DNA from: Eledone cirrhosa
Taxonomy: Eukaryota
NCBI GenBank assembly: GCA_964016885.1
Contig: OZ024749.1
Span: 15,934,001-15,998,000, forward strand
Length of the DNA stretch: 64,000 nucleotides
Reading direction: 5' to 3'
In this document: positions 27,847 to 42,017 of the stretch, piece by piece
Layout of the letters: the number at the start of each line of letters is the position of its first letter
How positions within the stretch are numbered: the stretch's first letter is position 1
Notes under the pieces: model-generated
Told to the model about the DNA's origin: nothing
What the model saw: the letters and a program-made list of their open reading frames with translations, nothing else
The model's database searches: none
Translations under genes and position numbers: made by a program

Positions 27847-27935
27847 CAGGATGTCCCAAAACATGTATACACACTTCAATAAATATTGCCTGTACACGTA
27901 ATCAAAATGTGTATACATTTTTGGGAGACACCCTG
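27847..27935. mobile_element. Tiny Tc1/mariner-type MITE
   Basis: TIRs caggatgtcccaaaacatgtatacac / gtgtatacatttttgggagacaccctg. A related copy lies at 55493-55574. Confidence 0.65.
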
Positions 27936-28024
27936 TTTATGTATATATGTATACATATAAATATATATGTATATATATATGTGTGTATATATATCTATAT
28001 GTGTGTGTATATATACATATATAT

Positions 28025-28119
<95 letters not shown>

Positions 28120-28159
28120 CGCGCGCGCGAGTGTGTGTGTGTATAAAACTGTGCCTCAC

Positions 28160-28270
28160 CTTTCACAGGTAAAACTGTAGTGTAGTTAAAGACTTCTTCA
28201 TCGGAAGCTTGAATATCACTGGATGTCATCCACTCCACTTTAGCTTCTCCAATGGCTTCTAGACACACGG
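28160..28270 (-). CDS. Alpha-arrestin gene, coding exon 2
   Basis: Acceptor ttaagcag|, donor aag|gtgagg, 111 bp, phase 1-1. Encodes (T)[36 protein letters not shown](G) with the arrestin G.A.V.W motif. Confidence 0.9.
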
Positions 28271-28308
28271 CTGCTTAAACGACAGAGAGGGAGAGGGTGA
28301 GTGTGTGA

Positions 28309-28345
<37 letters not shown>

Positions 28346-28387
28346 GGAGAGAGAAGACAAGATTATAAACATATTCAAATGTAGAAA

Positions 28388-28493
<106 letters not shown>

Positions 28494-28596
28494 TATACAT
28501 ATATATACATATATATATGTGTAAAAGGTAAACAGAAATAACAAGACAATCGGGACAGTATATATTAGGTTAACGCTTGATATAGCAGGAAGAGAG

Positions 28597-28632
28597 TCTT
28601 AACGTTTCGGACGCTAGTTCTTCATCAGAAGA
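28597..28632 (-). ncRNA. Minimal hammerhead ribozyme motif, sense to the arrestin pre-mRNA
   Basis: UCUU CUGAUGA A GAAC-UAGC-GUCC GAAA CG UU AAGA. The sister copy at 41894-41929 (+) has a perfect GGAC/GUCC stem II but a CUGAUCA core. Confidence 0.55.
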
Positions 28633-28684
28633 AAGAATGAGAAATAAATAGATTAACATTTTGTTATATGTATATATATATATA

Positions 28685-28817
28685 TATAATGTTTAATATA
28701 GAAATGGCTTCTACAGGGCTAGAACTGTTTAATTCGAATGAAATCATCAGGCTTTCCTGATGATTCGAATGAAACTGTTCTAGTCCTGTAGAAGCCATTT
28801 CTATATTAAACATTATA
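28685..28817. repeat. Fold-back element with hammerhead core on the right arm
   Basis: Mirror arms tataatgtttaatatagaaatggcttctacagg.../...cctgtagaagccatttctatattaaacattata. CUGAUGA at 28757 and GAAA at 28771. Confidence 0.75.
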
Positions 28818-28900
28818 TACTCTTCTGTACCTTGAGTACCTTACTTACTGTGCTTACCCCCGATTGAACTCGGGATAAACACACACACACATACACACAC

Positions 28901-28969
<69 letters not shown>

Positions 28970-29179
28970 TATAAAGAAATTCGTTTTCAAATATAAAACT
29001 GGAAAGATGTAGGTGAAGAAGTTATATCAGCTCAAAATACGATAATTTATTACAATACACTGTACACACGACTACATACAATTTAAAACATATATATATG
29101 AAATCCTAATGTGTAAGCTTATCCACACGTAGAATGAAATCTTTTAATATGCTACCAAACACTGTTAGTTATATCATAA

Positions 29180-29225
29180 TTTAATTTACATATGTTTCAT
29201 CCTTTTGGGTCTCATCGGAATTAAA
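29180..29225 (-). ncRNA. Degenerate minimal hammerhead motif
   Basis: UUUAAUU CCGAUGA GACC-CAAAA-GGAU GAAA CAUAUG UA AAUUAAA: 7-bp stem I, palindromic stem III, one core substitution. Confidence 0.5.
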
Positions 29226-29518
29226 CAAGATATAAATACCCCAATAAGTTCATCGCGTCTAAAAGCAAAACATATCGGAGAACGCCTTGTTTACATTTTA
29301 AAGAGCCGTACAGTCATATATATATATATATTTCTTGCTAAAACAATCTCTATACCTCTCATTTATATGTATATATATATGAGTCTACGATTTCCCGCCT
29401 TCACTATACACCAATGTATTTACGGGTCACTTTCACGACCTTTTAGACCTGTATTAGTTGGAGTGAGGTCATATATTTTGTCGTTCCTGGGGTTTTTAAC
29501 CCTAGGACAGGAAATTGC

Positions 29519-29596
29519 TTCTCTGATGATCGTTGCTTTTCCATTAATATCCTGGTGATATTTAATGTTTTGCACCGTGAAACTGTACAGTTAGGG
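29519..29596 (+). ncRNA. Hammerhead ribozyme motif
   Basis: UUCU CUGAUGA, long imperfect stem II, GAAA CUGUACAG UU AGGG. Stem III is palindromic; stem I relies on wobble pairs. Confidence 0.55.
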
Positions 29597-29818
29597 CCAT
29601 TTGAATAGGTAAATATTTATATTATATTTTTTAATTTTGATTAATTTTAATTGTATATTAATTTTGATTTATTTTGAAAAATTGGTTGAATTTTACTTGT
29701 TCTGCTTATCTCGATATATATATATATATATTTATTAAAATAACAGATTATTTTCCTTATCGAGCCCTCTTTGGATTTTAGTCTTCAATTTTATTATTAT
29801 TACTATTATTATTATTAT

Positions 29819-29871
<53 letters not shown>

Positions 29872-30205
29872 ATATTAACAAATGGAAACTATATTTATAA
29901 AACTATATTTATTTCATTATACATATTTCAAGGGCCACCAAGGCAAACTTATAATTTGTTGAGTGCTTTATATCAGTTATAAAAATATTTTGCTTGTTGT
30001 ATCCCAACAAATTAAATATAACCTCTACACACATATATATATATATATATATATACAGAGAGAGAGTGAGAGTCCCGGGTTCAATCGGGGGTAACCACAG
30101 TACGTAAGGTACTCAATACATTAGTAGATTGTATACAACAAAGTTTAATATAGAAATGGCTTTTAGAGGACTAGAACTGTTTCATACATACATACACACA
30201 CACAC

Positions 30206-30266
<61 letters not shown>

Positions 30267-30268
<2 letters not shown>

Positions 30269-30882
30269 TATATATATAAAACTGAGGATGTCTGTCTGTG
30301 TGTGTGTGTGAGTTTGAATCCCTAAAGTACCCAACCGATTTTTTTCCAACTTTACATGTGTATTACTTATGTTTCAGGGAGTTTTATGCACATAAAAATA
30401 TTCAACTTTTTGATCCCCTAGGGCCCGCATTAGGTGAAAAACTGCGTTTTTTTCAGCCTTTTAGGGGTTTTTTTGAGGCGTTACGTCAGATCGATTTCCT
30501 TGAAATTGTAACTATGTATTAGTCAGTCTCTTCTTCATACTGTGAGCAAAGAAAATCCAACCATTAGGTGAAAAACTTCATTTTTTCAGCTTTTTAAGGC
30601 TTTTTTGAGGCGTTACGTCTAGCCGATTTTTCCCGAAATTTCAAGGTATATTATGCACATAAAAAAAAATCATTTTCTTGATCCCCTAAGGTGAAAACAT
30701 TAGGTGAAAACCTGCATTTTTTCTGCTTCAACGAGGACAATCTTAAAGATTATCCAGCCATCAGAGTATTCGCTTTATTTTCTTTACATATTGTCCAGGC
30801 ATGCCGTTTTTCCACGATTAGATCTGTTGGCGGCCCGCGTTCCAAAATACCTTATCCCGTGCAACGCCGGGTACCACTGCTA

Positions 30883-30883
<1 letters not shown>
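30267..30883 (+). mobile_element. Non-autonomous Helitron (second family)
   Basis: 5' TCtatatatataaaactg and 3' hairpin cccgtgcaacgccggg plus ctgCTAG, as in 406-3179, but with an unrelated interior. Confidence 0.82.
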
Positions 30884-30915
<32 letters not shown>

Positions 30916-31020
30916 TAGAACACTGGAAGGTAATATCCGTAGTGGTAGAGCACTCAGTCCATGGGACGAGTTAGGTAGAAGTGGTAACACAACAGTTAGT
31001 TCACCATACCGTGAACAATT

Positions 31021-31102
<82 letters not shown>

Positions 31103-31106
<4 letters not shown>

Positions 31107-31299
31107 AAAAAAAGATGAAATCGAAAATGCAACTGGAGTCTTATTTTAAAAAAAATATATATATATATATACTTATATATATATATATTTATTTTTTTAA
31201 AATAAGACTCCAGTTGCATTTTCGATTTCATCTTTATTCTTTATACTTTCACTCGTGTAGGACACCTCGGTTATTTTTCCTTTTGTAAAAAAACCTCAC

Positions 31300-31305
<6 letters not shown>
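31103..31305. repeat. Fold-back element in (TA)n, same family as the 11990-12373 arms
   Basis: aaagatgaaatcgaaaatgcaactggagtcttatttt mirrored by aaaataagactccagttgcattttcgatttcatcttt. Confidence 0.75.
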
Positions 31306-31375
<70 letters not shown>

Positions 31376-31509
31376 TCTGAACACACCAGATTTCTTCCAG
31401 AGAAGGATAAGGGAGAGGGAATGAGAAAGAAACATGGAGAGAGAATTAACCCCAGTACAAGACTGGTACTTTTTAACGAGCGCCAAAGGATGAAACTTAC
31501 TAACCAAGA

Positions 31510-33240
<1,731 letters not shown>

Positions 33241-33367
33241 TACATATCAACAGGGATCAGTGAACATAATTCACGTTATCAGATAAACACCAACTTAGAG
33301 ATGTTATCACGTGGTCATACGTGTGTGTCTTAATGGTGGTGGTGGTGATGGTTGTTGTGGGGAGTGT

Positions 33368-33945
33368 GTTGTTGTTGTTGTTGTTGTTGCTGTTGCTGGA
33401 CGGTGGTGGTGGTTAGTTTTGGTGAGTGTGGTGGTATTGTTGTTGTTGTTGCTGTTGCTGGACGGTGGTGGTGGTTTGTTTTGGTGAGTGTGGTGGTATT
33501 GTTGTTGTTGTTGCTGTTGCTGGACGGTGGTGGTGGTTAGTTTTGGTGAGTGTGGTGGTATTGTTGTTGTTGTTGCTGTTGCTGGACGGTGGTGGTGGTT
33601 AGTTTTGGTGAGTGTGGTGGTATTGTTGTTGTTGTTGCTGTTGCTGGACGGTGGTGGTGGTTAGTTTTGGTGAGTGTGGTGGTATTGTTGTTGTTGTTGC
33701 TGTTGCTGGACGGTGGTGGTGGTTAGTTTTGGTGAGTGTGGTGGTATTGTTGTTGTTGTTGCTGTTGCTGGACGGTGGTGGTGGTTAGTTTTGGTGAGTG
33801 TGGTGGTATTGTTGTTGTTGTTGCTGTTGCTGGACGGTGGTGGTGGTTAGTTTTGGTGAGTGTGGTGGTATTGTTGTTGTTGTTGCTGTTGCTGGACGGT
33901 GGTGGTGGTTAGTTTTGGTGAGTGTGGTGGTATTGTTGTTGTTGA
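33368..33945. repeat. 62-bp minisatellite, about 9 near-identical copies
   Basis: Unit ttgttgttgttgttgctgttgctggacggtggtggtggttagttttggtgagtgtggtggta. Confidence 0.92.
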
Positions 33946-33995
33946 TGGTAGTGGTGGTTACGTTGCTGGATGTGGAGTTTAATGATAAATAAGTG

Positions 33996-35336
33996 GATTG
34001 GCAGTATCGGTAGAGGGTCGGACGCCATGCTAGGGTGGGAGATTGGCAGTATCGGTAGAGGGTCGGACGCCATGCTAGGGTGGGAGATTGGCAGTATCGG
34101 TAGAGGGTCGGACGCCATGCTAGGGTGGGAGATTGGCAGTATCGGTAGAGGGTCGGACGCCATGCTAGGGTGGGAGATTGGCAGTATCGGTAGAGGGTCG
34201 GACGCCATGCTAGGGTGGGAGATTGGCAGTATCGGTAGAGGGTCGGACGCCATGCTAGGGTGGGAGATTGGCAGTATCGGTAGAGGGTGGGACGCCATGC
34301 TAGGGTGGGAGATTGGCAGTATCGGTAGAGGGTGGGACGCCATGCTAGGGTGGGAGATTGGCAGTATCGGTAGAGGGTCGGACGCCATGCTAGGGTGGGA
34401 GATTGGCAGTATCGGTAGAGGGTCGGACGCCATGCTAGGGTGGGAGATTGGCAGTATCGGTAGAGGGTGGGACGCCATGCTAGGGTGGGAGATTGGCAGT
34501 ATCGGTAGAGGGTCGGACGCCATGCTAGGGTGGGAGATTGGCAGTATCGGTAGAGGGTGGGACGCCATGCTAGGGTGGGAGATTGGCAGTATCGGTAGAG
34601 GGTCGGACGCCATGCTAGGGTGGGAGATTGGCAGTATCGGTAGAGGGTGGGACGCCATGCTAGGGTGGGAGATTGGCAGTATCGGTAGAGGGTCGGACGC
34701 CATGCTAGGGTGGGAGATTGGCAGTATCGGTAGAGGGTCGGACGCCATGCTAGGGTGGGAGATTGGCAGTATCGGTAGAGGGTGGGACGCCATGCTAGGG
34801 TGGGAGATTGGCAGTATCGGTAGAGGGTCGGACGCCATGCTAGGGTGGGAGATTGGCAGTATCGGTAGAGGGTGGGACGCCATGCTAGGGTGGGAGATTG
34901 GCAGTATCGGTAGAGGGTCGGACGCCATGCTAGGGTGGGAGATTGGCAGTATCGGTAGAGGGTCGGACGCCATGCTAGGGTGGGAGATTGGCAGTATCGG
35001 TAGAGGGTCGGACGCCATGCTAGGGTGGGAGATTGGCAGTATCGGTAGAGGGTGGGACGCCATGCTAGGGTGGGAGATTGGCAGTATCGGTAGAGGGTGG
35101 GACGCCATGCTAGGGTGGGAGATTGGCAGTATCGGTAGAGGGTCGGACGCCATGCTAGGGTGGGAGATTGGCAGTATCGGTAGAGGGTCGGACGCCATGC
35201 TAGGGTGGGAGATTGGCAGTATCGGTAGAGGGTCGGACGCCATGCTAGGGTGGGAGATTGGCAGTATCGGTAGAGGGTCGGACGCCATGCTAGGGTGGGA
35301 GATTGGCAGTATCGGTAGAGGGTCGGACGCCATGCT
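33996..35336 (+). repeat. 45-bp minisatellite derived from the SINE 5' head, about 30 copies
   Basis: Unit gattggcagtatcggtagagggt(c/g)ggacgccatgct+agggtggga. The first 36 nt match SINE heads elsewhere (e.g. 46247, 60963). Confidence 0.95.
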
Positions 35337-35477
35337 TTCCGGCAGAGTTACGTCCCTTTACGATCTGAGTTCAAATTCCGCCGAGGTTGACTTTGCCTTT
35401 CATCCTTACGGGGCCGATAAAATAAAGTACCAGTAATGTACTGAGTAATTGCTGGCCTTGTGCCAAAAGTAGAAACA
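35301..35477 (+). mobile_element. tRNA-derived SINE whose head is the last satellite unit
   Basis: Head, box B gagttcaaattcc, body and tail gccttgtgccaaaagtagaaac. Confidence 0.88.
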
Positions 35478-35540
35478 ATTATATGTACTAGAGAGAGAGA
35501 GAGAGAAGAAGAAGAAGAAGAAGAAGAAGAAGAAGAAGAA

Positions 35541-35572
<32 letters not shown>

Positions 35573-35744
35573 AGAACAACAACAACAACAACAAAGAATA
35601 ATTGGTTCATAACATGGATATAAATATATGTGTCACTGGATGAATGTGCAAATCTATATACACATAAGTACATACAAGATTTATATATATATATACATGC
35701 ATATAATATACATATATATACATGCATATATATATATGCATGTA

Positions 35745-35787
<43 letters not shown>

Positions 35788-35892
35788 ATGTATGTGTATA
35801 TATATATCTATGTATGTGTATATATATGTATGTATGTGTATATATATATATGTATAATCCCTATATATTTTTTCTCTCTCTCAGTCCCTTCC

Positions 35893-35963
<71 letters not shown>

Positions 35964-36274
35964 GAACCTCATACATCCACTGTTCCTCTACCATTTGGCA
36001 ATGCTTACAAAAATCACCTGGAAATCATTTTAGAATGATTACCTGTAATTCCTTCCGTCAGGTGAGCCTTCGATGGCAGGTGTTGATTTTTTTAACGATA
36101 ATTAGTGTATGTGGATGTATGTAACTGTATTGTGAGTGTGTGTATGCATGTAATTGTAATGTGTGTGTATGTATGTAACTTTATTGTATGTATGTATGTA
36201 ATTATGAGTATATATGTATATGAATATTAAAGATTAACATATATATGTAATTACTAACTACTTGTATATGTATG

Positions 36275-36514
<240 letters not shown>

Positions 36515-36526
36515 ACAAACATATAT

Positions 36527-36776
36527 ATAAATTAATAAAAACAAGGTATAAAAACAAAGAATAAGTTCTTTATATTAAAAAATTCATCATTTTACGATCG
36601 TTTCTAGGATATATATGTGTGTTGGTATGTATATCATATAGATCTATGTAAAAATATTACAAACTATTTAATATTACATACCAACACATATATATCCTAG
36701 AAACGATCGTAAAATGATAAATTTTTAATATAAGGAACTTGTTCTTTGTTTTTATTCATTGTTTTTATTAATTTAT
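36527..36776. repeat. Fold-back element with hammerhead 3' half
   Basis: About 105-bp imperfect arms; the right arm has GAAA CGAUCG UA. Confidence 0.75.
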
Positions 36777-36902
36777 CTTGACTAAGTTTTCCTGTGATTT
36801 TCATCGAAAATTTTTCAATGCATCTTCTCTTTTCATGATGTTTGGATTACATTGAGTTCTTCATACGGATTGGACACTACCGTATATTTTGGTAGATTTA
36901 TC

Positions 36903-36959
<57 letters not shown>

Positions 36960-37111
36960 AACAAAGAATCAGAGCTGATCCCTAGTGAAACATGTAATAT
37001 GCGATTAAATATGTATATAATGCAACATCGAGTCTTCGGTCCCTAATAATAATAATTACTCTGCTCACCTTGGCATACCGCCTGTGAACACAATCCAATT
37101 GCACCCTTCCT

Positions 37112-37345
37112 ACTGTATAATGATGTCGTGGGTTCGATTCCTGGGTTGCGTGTTGTGTTCTTGAGCAAAACACTTCATTTCACGTTGTCCCAGTATACTC
37201 CGCTGAAAATGAGTACCAGCAGTAGCTGGGGACTTAACCCTGCGATGGACTGGCGTCCCGTCCAGGAGAGAGTCTTGTACTCTCACTCGCTTCACGCCAG
37301 GAAACCGGGATAAGCACAGACCTAATGAGCCTTCTGGCTTAAGAC
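37112..37345 (+). mobile_element. Second SINE family (tRNA box B, CORE-like and V-like central blocks)
   Basis: gggttcgattcct; gtgttgtgttcttgagcaaaacactt; aaccctgcgatggactggcgtcccgtccagg. A reverse partial relative lies at ~37480-37580. Confidence 0.7.
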
Positions 37346-37584
37346 ATACTTTAGAATTACACATATATATATATATGTGTATAGGAGCGATCGACTTTCG
37401 TCAAATCGGGCCGAGGAAACAATGTTTCCGTTGGTCTTTCCAATTGCTAATACTCTCTATCGGTCGCAACTCGATGTAGAAGGAGCAACGTGAAATAAAG
37501 TGTCTTGCTCAAGGACATAACGCATCGCCCGGTCAAGGAATAGAACTCACAACCTCACGATTGCGAATCCAATTCTCTAACACA

Positions 37585-37625
<41 letters not shown>

Positions 37626-37685
37626 GACGTAAAATAAGAAAATTAAAAAAAAAAAAAAAAAATTAACTTACTTACTAAAATTTTC

Positions 37686-37767
37686 ACTCCAACTAATTAG
37701 TTTCTGTAATGGGATAAAGATAGTTACGTAATATAACCATCGAGAATTCATTACGTCATCAGGGAGT
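37686..37767 (-). ncRNA. Hammerhead ribozyme motif (mirror of 38429-38510)
   Basis: ACUCC CUGAUGA cGUAAUG...CAUUACa GAAA CUAAUUAG UU GGAGU. Confidence 0.6.
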
Positions 37768-38428
37768 CTATTCTCAGCTAAGTCTCCAGGCAATGCGCGG
37801 ACACTGGGGACTCATAAAAAAATAATAATAATTCGGTGGATGGAACAGCTAGCGGGGACTGGATTCCATGCACTGAAAAAGTTCGCTGTCTCTGGTCAAA
37901 TGGCAGATTCTAAAGAATCAATCACGTGACACTGAGGCTAGTCGAAAGGAGTGGGTTGGTAAGATGACAGAAGCCTACTACCACACCAATGAATTAGTAG
38001 TGGTTTTGGCAGGTTTGCTCAACAAATAAATAATTTGGAGATAAATATAGAGAATTTAGTATATCTACCAACATATGCGTACAGATGTACGCTAATGCTA
38101 GCAAATACATAAGTTATGTCATAGTACCTAGGTGATTCAATGCAGGAGGATGCAGAACAATAATATGAAAGTGTTGAGCAAACCTGCCAAAACCACTACT
38201 AATTCATTGGTGTGGTAGTAGGCTTCTGTCATCTTACCAACCCACTCCTTCCGACTAGCCTCAGTGTCACGTGATTGATTCTTTAGAATCTGCCATTTGA
38301 CCAGAGACAGCGAACTTTTTCAGTGCATGGAATCCAGTCCCCGCTAGCTGTTCCATCCACCGAATTATTATTATTTTTTTATGAGTCCCCAGTGTCCGCG
38401 CATTGCCTGGAGACTTAGCTGAGAATAG

Positions 38429-38510
38429 ACTCCCTGATGACGTAATGAATTCTCGATGGTTATATTACGTAACTATCTTTATCCCATTACAGAAACTAAT
38501 TAGTTGGAGT
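38429..38510 (+). ncRNA. Hammerhead ribozyme motif
   Basis: Stem I ACUCC/GGAGU, CUGAUGA at 38434, stem II GUAAUG/CAUUAC, GAAA at 38492, palindromic CUAAUUAG, GUU triplet. Confidence 0.62.
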
Positions 38511-38684
38511 GAAAATTTTAGTAAGTAAGTTAATTTTTTTTTTTTTTTTAAATTTTCTTATTTTACGTCTTTCATATTATTGTTCTGCATCCTCCTGCAT
38601 TGAACCACCTAGGTACTATGTCATAACTTATGTATTTGCTAGCATTAGTGTACATCTGTACGCATATGTTGGTAGATATACTAA

Positions 38685-38743
<59 letters not shown>

Positions 38744-38882
38744 TTATACCTTTGGGAGGGACATGTTGCCAATAAGAAACAAGTGTGTTTCTTATTGGCA
38801 ACATGACCCTCCCAAAGTATAACAATATCGGTTTCAACATACGTTTTCAGATAAAGAATCTTGCAAAACAAATTCAGAAGCG

Positions 38883-38924
<42 letters not shown>

Positions 38925-39042
38925 ATAATAATAAATTTGAAGACTAAAATCCAAAGAAGATCCCGTTAAGGGTGAAAGCAGCGATTCTTTGCTTAAACTT
39001 TAATCTGTTATTTTAATTATATATATATATATACATATATAT

Positions 39043-39379
39043 ATAAGATCAAAAGATGGTTAAAAGAGTTCCAAGTATTTTATTGTGCGCATTTCAAAAA
39101 CAAATATCATCATGGGATGATATTTGCGTTCTCATCAGATAAAATAGGGAGACATGATATGAAGCTTAAAAAACACTTGCTAGCAGTGAAATGTTAAATC
39201 AACATATAATGTGCATATGTTGATTTAAAACTTCACTGCTCGCAAGTGTTTTTTAAGCTTCATATCATGTCTCCCTATTTTATCTGATGAGAACGCAAAT
39301 ATCATCCCATGATGATATTTGTTTTAGAAATGCGCATAATAAAATACTTGGAACTCTTTTAACCATCTTTTGATCTTAT
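39043..39379. mobile_element. 337-bp near-perfect fold-back element with a hammerhead in each arm
   Basis: Whole-length palindrome with few mismatches, TA flanks; same family as 12-291. Confidence 0.85.
39276..39346 (+). ncRNA. Minimal type I hammerhead ribozyme motif
   Basis: UAUUUUAU CUGAUGA gaacg-CAAAUAUCAUC-ccau-GAUGAUAUUUG-uuuua GAAA UGCGCA UA AUAAAAUA. Confidence 0.7.
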
Positions 39380-39463
39380 ATTATATATACTCCAGTCCTA
39401 TAAACTGTGGAGTGCTACTTATCCGATATTTGCATTGCTTTATTGTGCTACAATAAAACTCAC

Positions 39464-39521
<58 letters not shown>

Positions 39522-39944
39522 TTTTGTTATGTTAATGCACGGAACAAAGGTGCTACCCAATGTATGAAGACCCAATATGGACCATATATCCAGAATGTAA
39601 GAGGGATCCAAATTGTCACCTATCTTCAGGTAGTTAAAGTAAGCCACAAATGTTGATTCTTCTTATATTGTGGAGATATGGCCACCAATATTGGGCCTTG
39701 ATACCCTGGGGATAGCGCCTTTCTTCCGTGTATGAAAACGATCAAGAATGATGCGGATACATGCCTTAAACATATAGCTGCCTTGTGAATGCAGTTGCAC
39801 ATTGTACACTGAAGTGCACCAAGATGAACTTATGTCACGTTGTACAGAATCAACACGGAGTATTTCTGCATGTCACATTACTATCTTCAATTTGTCTTTC
39901 CTTTTGTTTGTCTGTTTGTATATATATGTATTTATGTATGTATC

Positions 39945-39976
<32 letters not shown>

Positions 39977-40079
39977 TGTATGTATGTATGTATGTATGTA
40001 TGTATGTTGGGGGGTTTCTGTCTATAAATATGTATATATATACACGTATACAGATATCCATTCTATCACACACACACAA

Positions 40080-40110
<31 letters not shown>

Positions 40111-40115
40111 CGTAT

Positions 40116-40150
<35 letters not shown>

Positions 40151-40182
40151 CATATTCACATATATGTGAATATCTCTCTCTC

Positions 40183-40235
<53 letters not shown>

Positions 40236-40244
40236 ATACGTATA

Positions 40245-40281
<37 letters not shown>

Positions 40282-40387
40282 GAAAATGGAAATGAAAAAT
40301 ATATATATATATATATACGTGTGTGTATAGATATACGTATATAAGCATGCATATCATAAATTCCAGCACATTGCACAAATATTCATG

Positions 40388-40433
<46 letters not shown>

Positions 40434-40904
40434 CAGGTACATATATATATTCCTCTTCAAACACATGTTAAATGTAATATGATTTTAAAAAACGGAGATT
40501 CAACTTAACAGCTTGTTTCCTTTACAGTCACGAGTGTAATTCCACTGGAATGGTGAAGTTGTTTTACTACAGACATTGGTCTATATGTGTGTATATATAT
40601 ATATATATGTATATGTGTGTGTATGTATGTGTACGTGTGTGTACGTGTGTGTAACTATGTTGTTCTTATTTTGTGCGTAAATATACATATATTCATACAT
40701 CTATATGAGTATAGAAAAATCATACACACAAACAAATGGTGTATATGCATACACACAAACACACACACACACACACATGTACATACACACATATGTACAT
40801 ACAGCTTTATGTTATTGTTGTTTCACCAACTTAAGCACTCGATATACTCTGACACCTTGTTCCTACTTATTTTATTTATATATATATATATATATATAGT
40901 AATA

Positions 40905-41082
40905 ATTGTTTCTACTTTAGGCACAAGGCCAGCAATTATCCAGTGCATTACTGGTACTTTATTTTATCGACCCCGTAAGGATGAAAGGCAAAGTCAACCT
41001 CAGCGGGATTTGAACTCAGATCGTAAAGGGACGTAACTATGCTGGGAAGCATGGCGTCCGACCCTCTACCGATACTGCCAAT
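40905..41082 (-). mobile_element. tRNA-derived SINE, full length
   Basis: Reverse complement of head (box A/B), body and tail. Confidence 0.85.
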
Positions 41083-41253
41083 AATAATAATAATAAATAT
41101 GAAGACTAAAATCCAAAGAGGGCTCGATAAGGATAAATATATATTAAATATATAAGAACTCTAGAGCAAATATTTATTAAAATAACAGATTAAAGTTTAA
41201 GCAAAGAATCTGTGATTTCACCCTTAACAGGATCTTCTGATATTAATCTGTTA

Positions 41254-41320
<67 letters not shown>

Positions 41321-41573
41321 TATCTTATTGTCTGAAGAGAAGCAGAACCGGGAGGACCATATAGAAAAAATGTGGTGGGCTTTGAAACCTTATCTATAGA
41401 TAACGTAGAGCGCCACACTACGGAAACACTTGACACTACATATACACACACATAGACATTCACACACACACACACACACATAACGAGGACAATGACAAAA
41501 GGAAGAAATGAGAAAATGTTTTTGCAGGAATAGCGCCCGCGTGTTCAATCAGCCATTTTGGCGTATATTTAAT

Positions 41574-41608
<35 letters not shown>

Positions 41609-41609
<1 letters not shown>

Positions 41610-42017
41610 GTAAAAGGTAAACAGAAATAACAACACAATCGGTACAGTATATGGAAGGAATATATTAGGTTATATTAGGTCCTTTTATCCTATTTTCTCA
41701 AATTCTTATTACCTTTGCACTTAGATCTCACATGCACTGTCGGGCTTCCAAATAATTAAACTCTATTTCCTAGTTATTTTTGTGTGGGTGTGTAAGAGAT
41801 GTCAACATGAATGGACCTCTTATTTTTATCTAAAGACATTTTTTCCCAATTCCAACACGCCCGTCCCCTCAATCTATCTTATTTCTTATTCTTTCTTCTG
41901 ATCAAGGACTAGCGTCCGAAACGTTAAGACCCTCTTCCTGCTATATCAAGCGTTAACCTAATATATCCCTTCCATATACTGTACCGATTGTGTTATTATT
42001 TCTGTTTACCTTTTACA
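41609..42017 (+). mobile_element. Penelope-like fragment with inverted terminal segment and hammerhead motif
   Basis: 41609-41672 mirrors 41954-42017. Hammerhead-like motif at 41894-41929. Family shared with 28519-28660. Confidence 0.65.

Larger units (their letters stand above)
37618..38689. mobile_element. 1.07-kb permuted inverted-repeat element (A-B-A'-B') with two hammerheads
   Basis: A 37618-38024, B 38051-38171, reverse complement of A 38172-38577, reverse complement of B to 38689; (TA)n flanks. Confidence 0.85.

Noticed and set aside
33996-35336. CRISPR-like array
   Set aside because: There are no unique spacers (the 9-nt linker is invariant), no cas genes, and the context is eukaryotic.
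33909-35436. 474-aa and 488-aa repeat-protein ORFs on both strands
   Set aside because: A 45-bp unit is a multiple of 3 and happens to lack stops; the unit is a SINE head.
40515-40560. Plus-strand micro-exon candidate (tttacag|...atg|gtgaag)
   Set aside because: The donor is weak and there are no supported partner exons.
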